Source of the DNA: a virus
Lineage: Duplodnaviria > Caudoviricetes
Virus record (IMG/VR): IMGVR_UViG_3300028628_000004
DNA length: 64,000 nt
Strand: one strand, 5' to 3'
Below, in pieces: positions 11,831 to 21,945 of the stretch. The notes under the pieces are model-generated. The model searched no databases, was not told the DNA's origin, and worked only from the letters and a program-made list of their open reading frames with translations. Both the position numbers and the translations under genes were made by a program. Positions within the stretch are counted from its first letter, which is position 1, and each line of letters starts with the position of its first letter.

Positions 11831-12922
11831 ATGAGTGTAAGTATAAGCGATTTTCTTAAAGAAATAAAATCTGTTACCAACAATCGTGGGTGTTATCTCT
11901 ACGGCGAGGCGGTGCGGGATATAATAAATAGACAGAAACCAAAGATATTTAATATATTTATTAAATCGTCACCAAGTGAAGATATAGAGATACTAAGAAA
12001 TAGCTTACCAACATATAAAAACATCAAATATACTATTGAACCTAATTTTTGTATACCTGACATATTTACTGTCAACATGTTATATTTGGATGTTAATGAT
12101 ATTCTCAATGGAAGTATTAATATACTTTCCCAGCAGAATGGCTTGAGGGATTTTAATAAATCAAGTATAAAATTTACAAAAGACGCCGCCGAGAATATTA
12201 AACCGGAATATCTTCTTGAAGCTATAAAGCTATCTGTCGTAACCGGGTTTCATTTAGACCCCAAAACCATAACTATTATATTTAACAATAGGGATAAAAT
12301 TAAAGACCTTGATAAAAGAGAAATCTATAGATTCTTGGTTGATTCTGTAAAGTTAAGAGGAACACGTAAAGTCATATCATTTCTTAATACTCTTGGGCTA
12401 TCTAATGCTTTGTTTGGATTTAAGTTGACGGAAACTTCTATTGTTAATCATTTTAATTCATTGGATGTTTTTGAATTTTTTGCTGTGGTATTGTCTGAAG
12501 TCAAGTTTGAAGACCTGAAGCCTATATTGATTGAAAAATGCGGATTTGCTGAAAGAGACACAGAACATGTATTAAAGTTATCGAAGGCTATCAATGAAAT
12601 AGAAGATGAATCAGAAATATCGGCTCGTAAGTTTCTGTCAACAATAGAAAAAAAGAGGATACCTAACGCTGTTAGACTACTTAAGAACTTAGGATACAAG
12701 AACTTAGCTAAGATTATTAAGAAAGAAAAGAGCGCCCCCGTTATATCATCTGAGTTTTGTATTGATGAAAGAATCATTAGGGCAGCTTTTGGTATTGAAA
12801 ACCCGGAAGTAGTTGGTAAGCTGTTGGAGATGGCACATCAGAAGATCATAGATGAGCCTGCGTTCAACAACCAAACTAAGATACTAACCTATCTTAACTA
12901 CGAAAGGAAAAAGTATGTCTAA
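11831..12922 (+). CDS. CCA-adding enzyme / poly(A) polymerase family homologue, catalytically degenerate
   Basis: YLYGEAVRD, FTVNML, GLRDF motifs; DxD and RRD not conserved. Confidence 0.65.
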   Translation: MSVSISDFLKEIKSVTNNRGCYLYGEAVRDIINRQKPKIFNIFIKSSPSEDIEILRNSLPTYKNIKYTIEPNFCIPDIFTVNMLYLDVNDILNGSINILSQQNGLRDFNKSSIKFTKDAAENIKPEYLLEAIKLSVVTGFHLDPKTITIIFNNRDKIKDLDKREIYRFLVDSVKLRGTRKVISFLNTLGLSNALFGFKLTETSIVNHFNSLDVFEFFAVVLSEVKFEDLKPILIEKCGFAERDTEHVLKLSKAINEIEDESEISARKFLSTIEKKRIPNAVRLLKNLGYKNLAKIIKKEKSAPVISSEFCIDERIIRAAFGIENPEVVGKLLEMAHQKIIDEPAFNNQTKILTYLNYERKKYV

Positions 12923-13731
12923 GAAATTAAAAACCGAATCGCTGTCCGTTGGTAGTCGGGTTCGACATGTTACCGATAAGAATCTCACCGAAGGAGTGGT
13001 AGTATGGAAACAGTCTTGTACTAAGGCTGTCGGATCGCGAGATGTTGTGGGGAGGCGGTGGTCGGTTCATTGGTCTAACGGGGATCGTGGAATTTATAGG
13101 AGCGTTGATATTTCTAAAATACCACCAAAGAACTTAAAGAAAATCATTTTAAAAGAAATAGAAAAAGAGGACGAGGAAGTAAATGAAGAAGAGTAAATCT
13201 ACCAAGAAAACAAAAAAAGTAGAGATAGAAGATGATGATATCATTGGTAAGAAAACCGATGCTTTGAATACAGATATTATTGAAGTTATACCCGATCAGA
13301 TTAATGGAGAAGTTGTTGAAGAAGATGAAGTTACCGTTTATCGCGATATTATGACTATGACGGACGATGAAAGGTTTTCTTCTGATGACCATATGAGTCT
13401 CTCCACTATAAGATTATCGCCGCCACCAGCCCCGGCGTGGTACGATGATGTGTCTAAGTTGAAATTCAAAGTAGGGCAATTAGTTGTCTTTAAAGGATCG
13501 AAAGATTCAACTGTATATTATGTTAGCGGTCCCGATAAGAGAGAAAATTTTTACACCATAGTTCCTGATAAGTCTCTTAAAAGTATAGCGATATCTGGGG
13601 AGCAGATAAAATTGGCTCCTAAAGATTCAAAATGGACGAAATATTGGGATACTGTTCCCGTTATTAAAGCACCATCGTGGAAGGATAAAGACATTAAGAA
13701 CAATGTCAAGAAAATTAATAAAAAGAAGTAA
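12915..13731 (+). CDS. two hypothetical proteins (12915-13196, 13183-13731), SH3/KOW-like beta-rich
   Basis: VGSRVRH and KFKVGQLVVF starts typical of small beta-barrels. Confidence 0.55.
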
Positions 13732-13820
13732 TTTGTCTGTGTGATACACAGATAGACGGGAAAGAAACCCGCCCTTGATTGGGGCGGGTTTCTTGTTATA
13801 TTGTTTATAACGAGGAAAAT

Positions 13821-16007
13821 ATGGCTAAACATTCTACTCTTAAGCTTATCATGGGTAACTGCGCTGCTTACCAAAGGAAGCGGGACGGGACTCTTGAGGA
13901 AGTTCCCAGTGTCTATGAAGTCTCGAATGGTCGTGGGAAGTTTGAGGGTAATCGCTTCACCACTGCTCGTTTTTGGAAAAATATATCAACTAGGTATTGG
14001 CAGTTTGATGACTTCAAGTTTCACGGTGCTGCTGCTGCTTCATTTTTGGGTAACGCCCACCGTTTTAAGATTTGGTTCAACCCCCTTGAATCTTACAAGT
14101 TGCTCATGCGAGCCGCTTTGGATCTTCATTCTGACAAGGAAACTGAAAGAGAGATGGGTGGGAATCGTGGTAAGAGGGGAAGGAAACCAGTAGCTAAAGA
14201 CGCTACTCTTCCAAGTGAAGAGGACATTCAGAAGGAAAACGAAAAGGCTGAGAAGGAGTGGGAATCTGTTCTTAACAACACCCATCCCAAGTGCGCTAAG
14301 CTTCAGGCAAATTATGGTTGGAGTCCAAATCTCTATAAGGAACTTGTAGAGTCAGAAAAGACTGGTGAGTGGACTGATCGTGGCTGGGAGTTGTGGTGTG
14401 TCTCTCTTGTTAGTTGTGATTTTCTTTTCACTAACGTTACTGCTATCATGATTCACGAAGAGCAGCACATTATTCTTAACCACTTGAACCGCAACGGTAA
14501 GCGCGACCCGTACCAGATGAATCTGGCGCAGGACTATGCTATCAATCAGGAACTTGATTGGTCAGATGAAGTAAAGAAGGTTCTTATTACCTGCGATAAT
14601 GAAACTTTCTTCCAGCGTTTCATTATTTCTTATGTCAAGTACCTTTTGATCACTGAGAACGACCTTCGTCCAGAGATTGAGGACAAGTTTGGACTGAAGT
14701 TGGTCATGGTCCCTGGTGGGGACGAGCGTGCGAATCTGCAAGCCTTTATTGACAAGGCACTTCCGCAGGTCGATAGGATTTTCGAGAAGTACATGCTTCA
14801 GGGCGACAACTGGAACCATACTGATAAGACCGCAGGAAAGTCATCTGACTTCTATTACCGTGTCCTCATGGAGACTATGATCTTCCAGGGTGGATCCGGA
14901 AATGGTAAGGGCAATGGTAAGGGCAATGGTGGCGTCCGTGGTTATGATGGTCACGGGACTTGGGATGAAATTGCTGACGATGACGGTGAAGACGGAGGGG
15001 GTGAAGGTGGCGGTGAAGAAAAAGATGGCGAAGGCAAGGACGGTAAGGGCAAAGGAAAGGGCAAGGATGGCGAAGACGAGGGGGAAGACTCCGATTTCAA
15101 TAAGATTAAGGGAAAGGCACAGGGGGGTAAGATTGATCAGATTCGCAAAGCACCAAAGGGTAGTAAGGCGAAGAATGGTGGCAACTCCAGCGGTGGAGAG
15201 GGGGAAGGCAAGGAAGGCGGCGAAGGATCTGTCGCGAATGGCTCTCATGTCAAGGACCGAGGTAAGGGCGAGGGAGCGGGTGCCGAGCATGCTGGCTTTG
15301 ATGTAACTACCGCATGTTCCCGTCAGGAAATAAAGGCGTCCGTTCGCGATGCTCTTGAGCGTGCTGGTCTTAACCCAGATGATCCAGAAGAGTTGGCTCG
15401 CGCCCTTGGGCGCATCCCTGGAATGGGCAACCTTGGAACCGTCATTAGCGAGTTCTTTAAGGTTCCCACCAAGAACTGGCAGCAGATTCTTGCTAACTAC
15501 TTGGCTACCTCAATCAATGCCAAGGAAAAGGACTACACCATGTCTCGCGAAAACCGTCGCATTGCTGGGGTATTCCCGGGACAACGCCGTGAGCGCGGGC
15601 TTGATGTTATCATTGCGGTTGACACCAGTGGTTCTATCAACTACAACGACTACAATGATTTCGTTGGGCAGATTGAGAAGATTGTCAAGGACTGTGACTT
15701 GACTAAGGTTCGCCTTATTCAGTGCCACCACACGATTTCCTTTGACAAGGAAGTTATCTTGAGCCGCATCAAGCGAATCCCCATCTGCGAAACTGGCGGA
15801 ACGACCATGCGCGTCGTTTACGAGAAGTTGAAGAAAGAGGGCAACCGTAAGTTGCTTATTCTCTTCACTGATGGTTGCATTGATGATTTCCTCCAGAAAG
15901 ACTACCCAGGATTCAAGAGCATTATGTTCTTGAGCAGGGGCAATGGATGCTATGCCAAGCCTCTGATTGACCGTGGCTTCAAGGTCATCAGTCAGGATCA
16001 GGAGTAA
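13821..16007 (+). CDS. DUF2201-type metallopeptidase-like + VWA domain protein
   Basis: HEEQH..NH..R, NLAQDYAIN, G/D/E/K-rich linker, VDTSGS, GGT, FTDG MIDAS motifs; ATG 13821 has GAGGA SD. Confidence 0.88.
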   Translation: MAKHSTLKLIMGNCAAYQRKRDGTLEEVPSVYEVSNGRGKFEGNRFTTARFWKNISTRYWQFDDFKFHGAAAASFLGNAHRFKIWFNPLESYKLLMRAALDLHSDKETEREMGGNRGKRGRKPVAKDATLPSEEDIQKENEKAEKEWESVLNNTHPKCAKLQANYGWSPNLYKELVESEKTGEWTDRGWELWCVSLVSCDFLFTNVTAIMIHEEQHIILNHLNRNGKRDPYQMNLAQDYAINQELDWSDEVKKVLITCDNETFFQRFIISYVKYLLITENDLRPEIEDKFGLKLVMVPGGDERANLQAFIDKALPQVDRIFEKYMLQGDNWNHTDKTAGKSSDFYYRVLMETMIFQGGSGNGKGNGKGNGGVRGYDGHGTWDEIADDDGEDGGGEGGGEEKDGEGKDGKGKGKGKDGEDEGEDSDFNKIKGKAQGGKIDQIRKAPKGSKAKNGGNSSGGEGEGKEGGEGSVANGSHVKDRGKGEGAGAEHAGFDVTTACSRQEIKASVRDALERAGLNPDDPEELARALGRIPGMGNLGTVISEFFKVPTKNWQQILANYLATSINAKEKDYTMSRENRRIAGVFPGQRRERGLDVIIAVDTSGSINYNDYNDFVGQIEKIVKDCDLTKVRLIQCHHTISFDKEVILSRIKRIPICETGGTTMRVVYEKLKKEGNRKLLILFTDGCIDDFLQKDYPGFKSIMFLSRGNGCYAKPLIDRGFKVISQDQE

Positions 16008-16011
16008 TAAT

Positions 16012-16404
16012 ATGAATGACAAGATTTATGTCAAGGACTTGGAGAAGATCATTGCCAAGCAGGAAAGAAAGATACTTAAGCTCGAAAAAGAAAAAATGAG
16101 CAGAGAGCGTGCTGCTGCCGTTTTTGCCGAGTATTTCATTGTTGAAAATGACACAATTCCTGGTGGATTAGCAAGTGATATGCGAGCCGTGCTTAGGCGA
16201 TTTAAATACTATCCCGAAGAAAAGCCAAGCTTTAGCAACTATGTTGCCGAAATGGATTCAAGTGATTATAAGTTACTTGAAAAGGCTGTCAAGAAACTAT
16301 TTTGTGTCGAAATAAAGGATCTTTGGCAGTATGGGTTACATATTGACACTAAACATGATAGTGGTAATATTAGTGACGATGACTCCGGACCTGTTTTTCT
16401 TTAA
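16012..16404 (+). CDS. hypothetical protein
   Basis: AGGAG SD before ATG 16012. Confidence 0.6.
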   Translation: MNDKIYVKDLEKIIAKQERKILKLEKEKMSRERAAAVFAEYFIVENDTIPGGLASDMRAVLRRFKYYPEEKPSFSNYVAEMDSSDYKLLEKAVKKLFCVEIKDLWQYGLHIDTKHDSGNISDDDSGPVFL

Positions 16405-16496
16405 CTTGTATCACACACTCAAACTAACCTCAGACCACATACCCCTTTCTTTCTCATAAATCCCCTCTACAATAAGCCCCATAAGGAACCAATACC

Positions 16497-17669
16497 ATGG
16501 CTCAACAGGAAATGTCCCGCAAGCAGATTATCGACTGCATCCACTTTGCGGTTAATCACTCTACCGAAAAGATCAAGTTACCAATTGCTATTTGGGGACT
16601 TCATGGTGTCGGTAAGACCCAAACCGTGGAAGAGGTTGCCAAGCAGATGGGGTATAACCTAGTCATTCTCCACCTTGCTACACAGGACGTTGCCGACTTG
16701 ATTGGTATTCCTCGCGACATGGAAGTGAAGGACGGGGACGGAAATATTGTTGACAAGGTTACGATCTGGTCTTGCCCCGATTGGCTCCACACTGCCCGCA
16801 AGTTGTGGAATGAGAAAAAGATCCCCACTATCTTCTTCCTTGACGAGATGAACCGTGGCAACCGTATGGTTCTGGCTGCCATGTTGCCGTTCCTCATCAA
16901 TGGTGTTCTCCACACCCACAGCATTGGACCCAAGGATGCGGTCATGGCGGCTATGAACCCGCCCACCGAGGACTATGAGGTTAACGATTTGATTGACAAG
17001 GCTCTTCTCAACCGTATGGGACATGTTATCATGCGCCCAACTCATGCCGAGTATGTAGACTACCTCAAGAATACTGGCATGGATAAGATAACTCTGTCGG
17101 TTCTCAAGGAAGATCCTGCGTGGACTAAGATTCCAGAGTTCGATCTTCCGTTTACCATTACCCCCTCCCGTCGTTCTATTGACTATGTTATGAAGGTCAT
17201 TGGTAAGATGGGTCGCGGTTGGGTCAAGGAACATGCTTCTCATATTATTGAGTGCTACCTTGGTCAGAATTTCCGTGATGCGTGGATGGAACACTTCTCA
17301 CGGCAGGGACAGTCCATCACCCTTGACATGCTTATCGACTATGATAACAACAAGGAGGAAATCACGGGTATTCTGAAGACCGAGATTGATGGGGAGAAGA
17401 CGGTTAGACTTGATCTTCTCCAGAAGGCAGTAGCATTGATTAAGCAATATATTGAGGATAAGAAGGATAAAATCACCCTGGAAGATGTTAATTGGATGAA
17501 GAAGTTTTTCAACAACCCGATCATTGACGATGAATACGCTGCGAGCGTATTCGAGGCTAACAAGCATATCAAGGAGAAGATGCTTACCGATGTCAACTTT
17601 AATGTTTCGGTCGGAAACTTCTTGCGAGAAAAAAAGATTTGGAACGACGATGGCATTCCTGTGTGGTGA
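16497..17669 (+). CDS. MoxR-like AAA+ ATPase
   Basis: GLHGVGKT Walker A, DLIGIP, FFLDEMNR Walker B, AAMNP, ALLNR, PSRRS. Confidence 0.9.
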   Translation: MAQQEMSRKQIIDCIHFAVNHSTEKIKLPIAIWGLHGVGKTQTVEEVAKQMGYNLVILHLATQDVADLIGIPRDMEVKDGDGNIVDKVTIWSCPDWLHTARKLWNEKKIPTIFFLDEMNRGNRMVLAAMLPFLINGVLHTHSIGPKDAVMAAMNPPTEDYEVNDLIDKALLNRMGHVIMRPTHAEYVDYLKNTGMDKITLSVLKEDPAWTKIPEFDLPFTITPSRRSIDYVMKVIGKMGRGWVKEHASHIIECYLGQNFRDAWMEHFSRQGQSITLDMLIDYDNNKEEITGILKTEIDGEKTVRLDLLQKAVALIKQYIEDKKDKITLEDVNWMKKFFNNPIIDDEYAASVFEANKHIKEKMLTDVNFNVSVGNFLREKKIWNDDGIPVW

Positions 17670-17751
17670 GTGATACACAGCACACAGAAAAACTAAACAT
17701 ATACCTTGAGTAATAAAATTTACACGATAGAATCAAACTAAGGAAACAAAA

Positions 17752-18828
17752 ATGACCGACAACTTTTCTCAAGCCGTTATGACCGCAAGCGAAGTCCTTG
17801 GAGTCAATCATCTTAAGACCGCAGTTATGGGTGGGACTATTATTGATGTGGACGAGGACGCGGGATACACCACAAAGGGCTGGCAGATGTCCGCTCTTAG
17901 GCGTCCAGAACAAGTTGTAGATTGCCCTAATAATGCTCTTCTCATTTATCCTGCTATTGAGCAGGCGGAACGAGAAAATGGCGGCAAGGAAGACATGCGT
18001 GTAATGGGTTCTTTGTGGATTAATGGGTTTATCCCACATTCCCGTGCCTTGGTTGATCCCGATAATGCTACGAGGGCAACCGCAACCACCATGTTTAAGT
18101 TTGGACTGGTTACTGTTGATCAGTTGTTCAAGTCGCGCAGTGATGACATTTTGGCAACGTTCTGCACTTTTTTCAAGTGGTACGGTGGATCAGACGATGA
18201 TAGGATTCTTCCCAAGGAGTTTGCCGATCCTTCGTGTATTGGAAAGAATGTAAGGAGGGGTATGGTATGCTCTAAGTGGGCGATTAAGCCCATCCCTGTG
18301 CGCTATGTTGTAAAGATTCGTGGAGATAGCGGAAGCAGGGATTCGGTATATTTTGTCGGTGGGTCGGATGAACTGATTAGTGATGATATGGATTCGCTAT
18401 CGGCGTCAATTGGAAATATGTATAACACTGCTAGAAATCTCAGAAGTTCGGCTTACAAGGCTGGAAATATCCCCAACGATGTCAAGTACTGTGATGATTT
18501 GTCAAACCCACAAAAGGTGTGGTACGAATATGATGAGGAAGATTTTAGCGATTCTCTGAGGAACCATGACCTGACTAAAGCACGCTTGATGATGAAAAAG
18601 ATCAATCGCACTCTTCAGGGTGTAATCTATATTCGTAACTATTTTCACTATGCCAAGAGATTCCTCAAGGTTAAGAAAGTTGCTGATTTTAATTTGAAGG
18701 TAAGCAGCACTCCAAGGGAAACTGATATTGATGAGATTATCAACAGATATGAGAACATCTATCAGTATATTAGGAACATCTGCCGTGTATATCCTGAGAT
18801 TGGCGAAGGTAAGTTAGAAGATAATTGA
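17752..18828 (+). CDS. hypothetical protein
   Basis: 358-aa ORF with own sigma70-like promoter and AAGGA SD. Confidence 0.7.
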   Translation: MTDNFSQAVMTASEVLGVNHLKTAVMGGTIIDVDEDAGYTTKGWQMSALRRPEQVVDCPNNALLIYPAIEQAERENGGKEDMRVMGSLWINGFIPHSRALVDPDNATRATATTMFKFGLVTVDQLFKSRSDDILATFCTFFKWYGGSDDDRILPKEFADPSCIGKNVRRGMVCSKWAIKPIPVRYVVKIRGDSGSRDSVYFVGGSDELISDDMDSLSASIGNMYNTARNLRSSAYKAGNIPNDVKYCDDLSNPQKVWYEYDEEDFSDSLRNHDLTKARLMMKKINRTLQGVIYIRNYFHYAKRFLKVKKVADFNLKVSSTPRETDIDEIINRYENIYQYIRNICRVYPEIGEGKLEDN

Positions 18829-18852
18829 CCTACATTTTTTGTAGATGGTATA

Positions 18853-18883
18853 ATACGGGGGCTTATGGCTCCCGTATTTTTTT
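18853..18883 (+). terminator. intrinsic terminator
   Basis: ATACGGGGGC/GCTCCCGTAT stem followed by T-run. Confidence 0.75.
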
Positions 18884-18899
18884 ATAAATAGAGGTATAT

Positions 18900-19513
18900 A
18901 TGACTGAAACATGGCTAAATGCTCCTTGGGTAGAAACTTATGAAAACTATGATTATATAGATGAACCTATTAATTTGGGGGACTTGGCGTGGTTTGATGT
19001 AAAAATATCTCTGGGTGAAACAGATAATGAGAAAAAGGAACATATTGAGGCAATGAAGCAACAAGTAAAGTTGGGTATATTGCAACCTAACGGATTGCCA
19101 ACGGGAATGAAGGTTCCAAATGCAACTATTAGTGCGTTTAATGACAATAATAAACTAACTCCGGTTTTTAAGATGCCAACCGCTACAAATAAGCATTTCA
19201 ATCCAATTGGAGTGTCACCGTTTAAGCCTGAAAAAAATATATTTGAAAAGGCGCATACAAAAATGAGTATGCTTGATGAATTAACTAGAGACAGGAGAAA
19301 ATCATGATAGAATCGTCGTACAAGTGTCCACATTGTGGTAAGCAGACCTTTGGGGTTTTGCCTACCCGTACTAATGAGGGAATTATTTGCCCACATTGTC
19401 TGAAAAACGGTCTAAACATAATAATGACAGAAAGAAAAACCCATTCCATTCGTCATATGGGCGACGGAATATATGTAAAGAAAAATATTAACGAATCGTC
19501 TGTTATCATTTGA
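18900..19513 (+). CDS. hypothetical protein (18900-19307) and small zinc-ribbon protein (19304-19513)
   Basis: TATAAATA upstream; CPHC...CPHC in second ORF. Confidence 0.6.
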
Positions 19514-19555
19514 TTAATCCCCCATGACAGCATATAATGCTTACATGGAGGTAAT

Positions 19556-20230
19556 ATGTTAAACGTAATATTTTTATTTGGGCATAGACAACAACACGGT
19601 AAAAATACAGCGGCACTGTTACTTGAAGGGTATCTTAGGGAAAATAATATAAGTTACATATCTACTTATTTTGCTAAAAAACTTAAGATGATATGTGCTG
19701 AAAAGTATGGTCTTGATTTTTCCAGAATGGAAGATAATGAATATAAAATGTCTTGTCCAGACTGGCTGGAAGAAAAGATAATATATTGGGATGTGGAAAA
19801 TAATAGAGAAGTCCCTCAATGGGTTTTTATGGATCCGGGGAAACTTAAAATAGAACAAAGAACGAAAAAAAGAACAGTGCGAGATGTTTTGCTTGAAGAA
19901 GGACAAAGATCGCGAGAGATATGGTACGATATTTGGGCTAGTGGTGTCTACGACGAAATGGCATCTTCAAATAAATCAGTAGGCATTGTTTCTGACTTTA
20001 GATATCCAAACGAATATACCTATTCCCAAAAGAAAAATATATCATGTAAGGTAGTCAAGGTGCTGGTCCATAGACCAAACGGCATATTCAGAGAAGATGG
20101 TGCCGACAATCTTCTACCAGATATTGATAAAAAATATTGGGATCATGTTATAATAAATGAAGAATCGCCACATTGGGAAGATAAAATGAAAACCGAAATA
20201 ATTACAATAGCGAGGGGATATGGCTTATAA
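19556..20230 (+). CDS. deoxynucleoside monophosphate kinase-like protein
   Basis: GHRQQHGKNT P-loop, FAKKLK, RDVL, IVSDFRYPNE, DHVIIN. Confidence 0.8.
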   Translation: MLNVIFLFGHRQQHGKNTAALLLEGYLRENNISYISTYFAKKLKMICAEKYGLDFSRMEDNEYKMSCPDWLEEKIIYWDVENNREVPQWVFMDPGKLKIEQRTKKRTVRDVLLEEGQRSREIWYDIWASGVYDEMASSNKSVGIVSDFRYPNEYTYSQKKNISCKVVKVLVHRPNGIFREDGADNLLPDIDKKYWDHVIINEESPHWEDKMKTEIITIARGYGL

Positions 20231-20480
20231 AATAGTTAAATTAAATAAGGCTAGATGTAAGGTATGTGGAGATGTGTTGATATCGAAATATGAGGGAAAA
20301 GAAGAAACTTGCTCATGTGGAAAATTGAAAATAGGCGGAGGAAATTCGTGGTTAAAAAGAAGTGGAAAAAGTGGAGTGGATTTTGAGGAACTTGCTATTT
20401 TAAATTTTAGCCAAGTCCCCGATAATGTTATTGGGACTGTGGACGATGACATCAATCAACAGAATCAAACCGAAGGATAA
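20220..20480 (+). CDS. small phage zinc-binding protein
   Basis: ARCKVCGD...CSCG..IGGG pattern. Confidence 0.6.
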   Translation: MAYKIVKLNKARCKVCGDVLISKYEGKEETCSCGKLKIGGGNSWLKRSGKSGVDFEELAILNFSQVPDNVIGTVDDDINQQNQTEG

Positions 20481-20482
20481 TA

Positions 20483-21208
20483 ATGAAATTAAACTACATA
20501 GACTCCCATAAGTATCTTAGTAAAATAAAAAATAGAAAAATGCAAGACGAGGGCGAAGGGGTAGATGAAGCTGAAGAAAAGCCAGAAGGAAATGACGCCC
20601 AAAATGAGGTACAATTTACCCTTCCGTATAACCTTATAATGCTTAATGGAGAAATTACAGATAAAACCGGAAAAGAAGTATCGGAGTTGCTTTTAGCATT
20701 TGACTTCAAGAATGCCTTAACTAAAATAATGCAACCTATTCACTTAATGATTAATTCTGGTGGTGGATCTGTTACGGCAGCATGGCAGATATGCGACATA
20801 ATGGACTGTATATCAACGCCAGTATATACTATAGGAGTAGGTACAGTTGCTTCCGCTGCACTTGCAATATTTATTAATGGTCAACGGGGACATAGAATAT
20901 TATCAGATAAGACAAGTATCATGTCTCACCAGTATACTTGGGGAATAGAGGGAAAATATAAGGATCTTGTCCATACTCAAGAAGAGTTTGGTAACATATA
21001 TCTTAGACTCGAAAAACATTACAAGAGAAATACGAATCTATCTAGTCAAGTTGTTAGAAAGAAGCTTTTAAGCGATGATTGTTGGTTGACCGCAGAACAG
21101 GCGCAAAAGTTTAAGCTATGTGATCATGTTATTGATTTTAGAAAGTATTCGCCTTTCTTTATTGCGTTGCCACCGAAAAAAGAGAAAACTAAAGGAAATA
21201 AGAAATGA
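20483..21208 (+). CDS. clpP: ClpP-family protease subunit
   Basis: INSGGGSV, ASAA (Ser), MSHQ (His), DCWLTAEQA...LCD. Confidence 0.85.
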   Translation: MKLNYIDSHKYLSKIKNRKMQDEGEGVDEAEEKPEGNDAQNEVQFTLPYNLIMLNGEITDKTGKEVSELLLAFDFKNALTKIMQPIHLMINSGGGSVTAAWQICDIMDCISTPVYTIGVGTVASAALAIFINGQRGHRILSDKTSIMSHQYTWGIEGKYKDLVHTQEEFGNIYLRLEKHYKRNTNLSSQVVRKKLLSDDCWLTAEQAQKFKLCDHVIDFRKYSPFFIALPPKKEKTKGNKK

Positions 21209-21945
21209 CAGACAATAAATTAACCGTATTCAATAAGGATTCTATTAACAAGCTTATTGATCAATCAGCAAGTAATGCATTTGAGGTAGCTGACGAGTTA
21301 AATAAAATATCTCTAGTCACACCAGCCGAAGTTGCTATTCTTAAAAAGGCTCAAGTGTTTTTGCTATCAACCTACACGGATGTTCCTGCGTTCAGGTCGT
21401 ATATGGAAAAGTATGTGGGAGTTTTAACAAATTCTAGGTTTCCAACCCCAGACGCAAAATTCTGGCAATGTAAGAAAGAAGCAGAAGTACAGTTTAACGA
21501 ATTATTAAAGGCTATGTTGCGATTTAAAGCCCTAAATGTTGATATAGAAGAATGCTCATATAAAATAAAAGATTTAACTGCAAAAAAAGATACAGCAGAA
21601 CATCCGTTTCTTGTCGAATGTGATATAGCTAGGCTTGAGTTGAAACTTGCAGAAATAAAGCTTCATGTTAAGACAGTAGAAAAGGAAATAAAGTATAGGA
21701 TTGTTGAAATAGGAGATTGGAATGAAATCTCATCAGAATGGGAAACCGAATTAAAGCACAGTCCGAATGTATATGCTCAGCACGAAGTTGAGTCAATGTT
21801 AAAGTATATTTCTTACGAAATTTCTGCGGCTGCCGAAAAGAAGGACGAGAAAAGCGTTAAGATACTTTCATCTCAGCTTGACACATTAAAGTCATTTATA
21901 CAAAAAAGAATGGGAAAGATGTTAGCTAAAAACAATAATAGCTAA
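21205..21945 (+). CDS. hypothetical coiled-coil protein
   Basis: PTPDAKFWQC..E motif, helical. Confidence 0.6.
   Translation: MTDNKLTVFNKDSINKLIDQSASNAFEVADELNKISLVTPAEVAILKKAQVFLLSTYTDVPAFRSYMEKYVGVLTNSRFPTPDAKFWQCKKEAEVQFNELLKAMLRFKALNVDIEECSYKIKDLTAKKDTAEHPFLVECDIARLELKLAEIKLHVKTVEKEIKYRIVEIGDWNEISSEWETELKHSPNVYAQHEVESMLKYISYEISAAAEKKDEKSVKILSSQLDTLKSFIQKRMGKMLAKNNNS

Noticed and set aside
14890-15300. Collagen-like or tandem repeat / alternate-frame ORFs
   Set aside because: Low-complexity Gly/Asp/Glu/Lys linker typical of DUF2201-VWA proteins; overlapping ORFs are shadows
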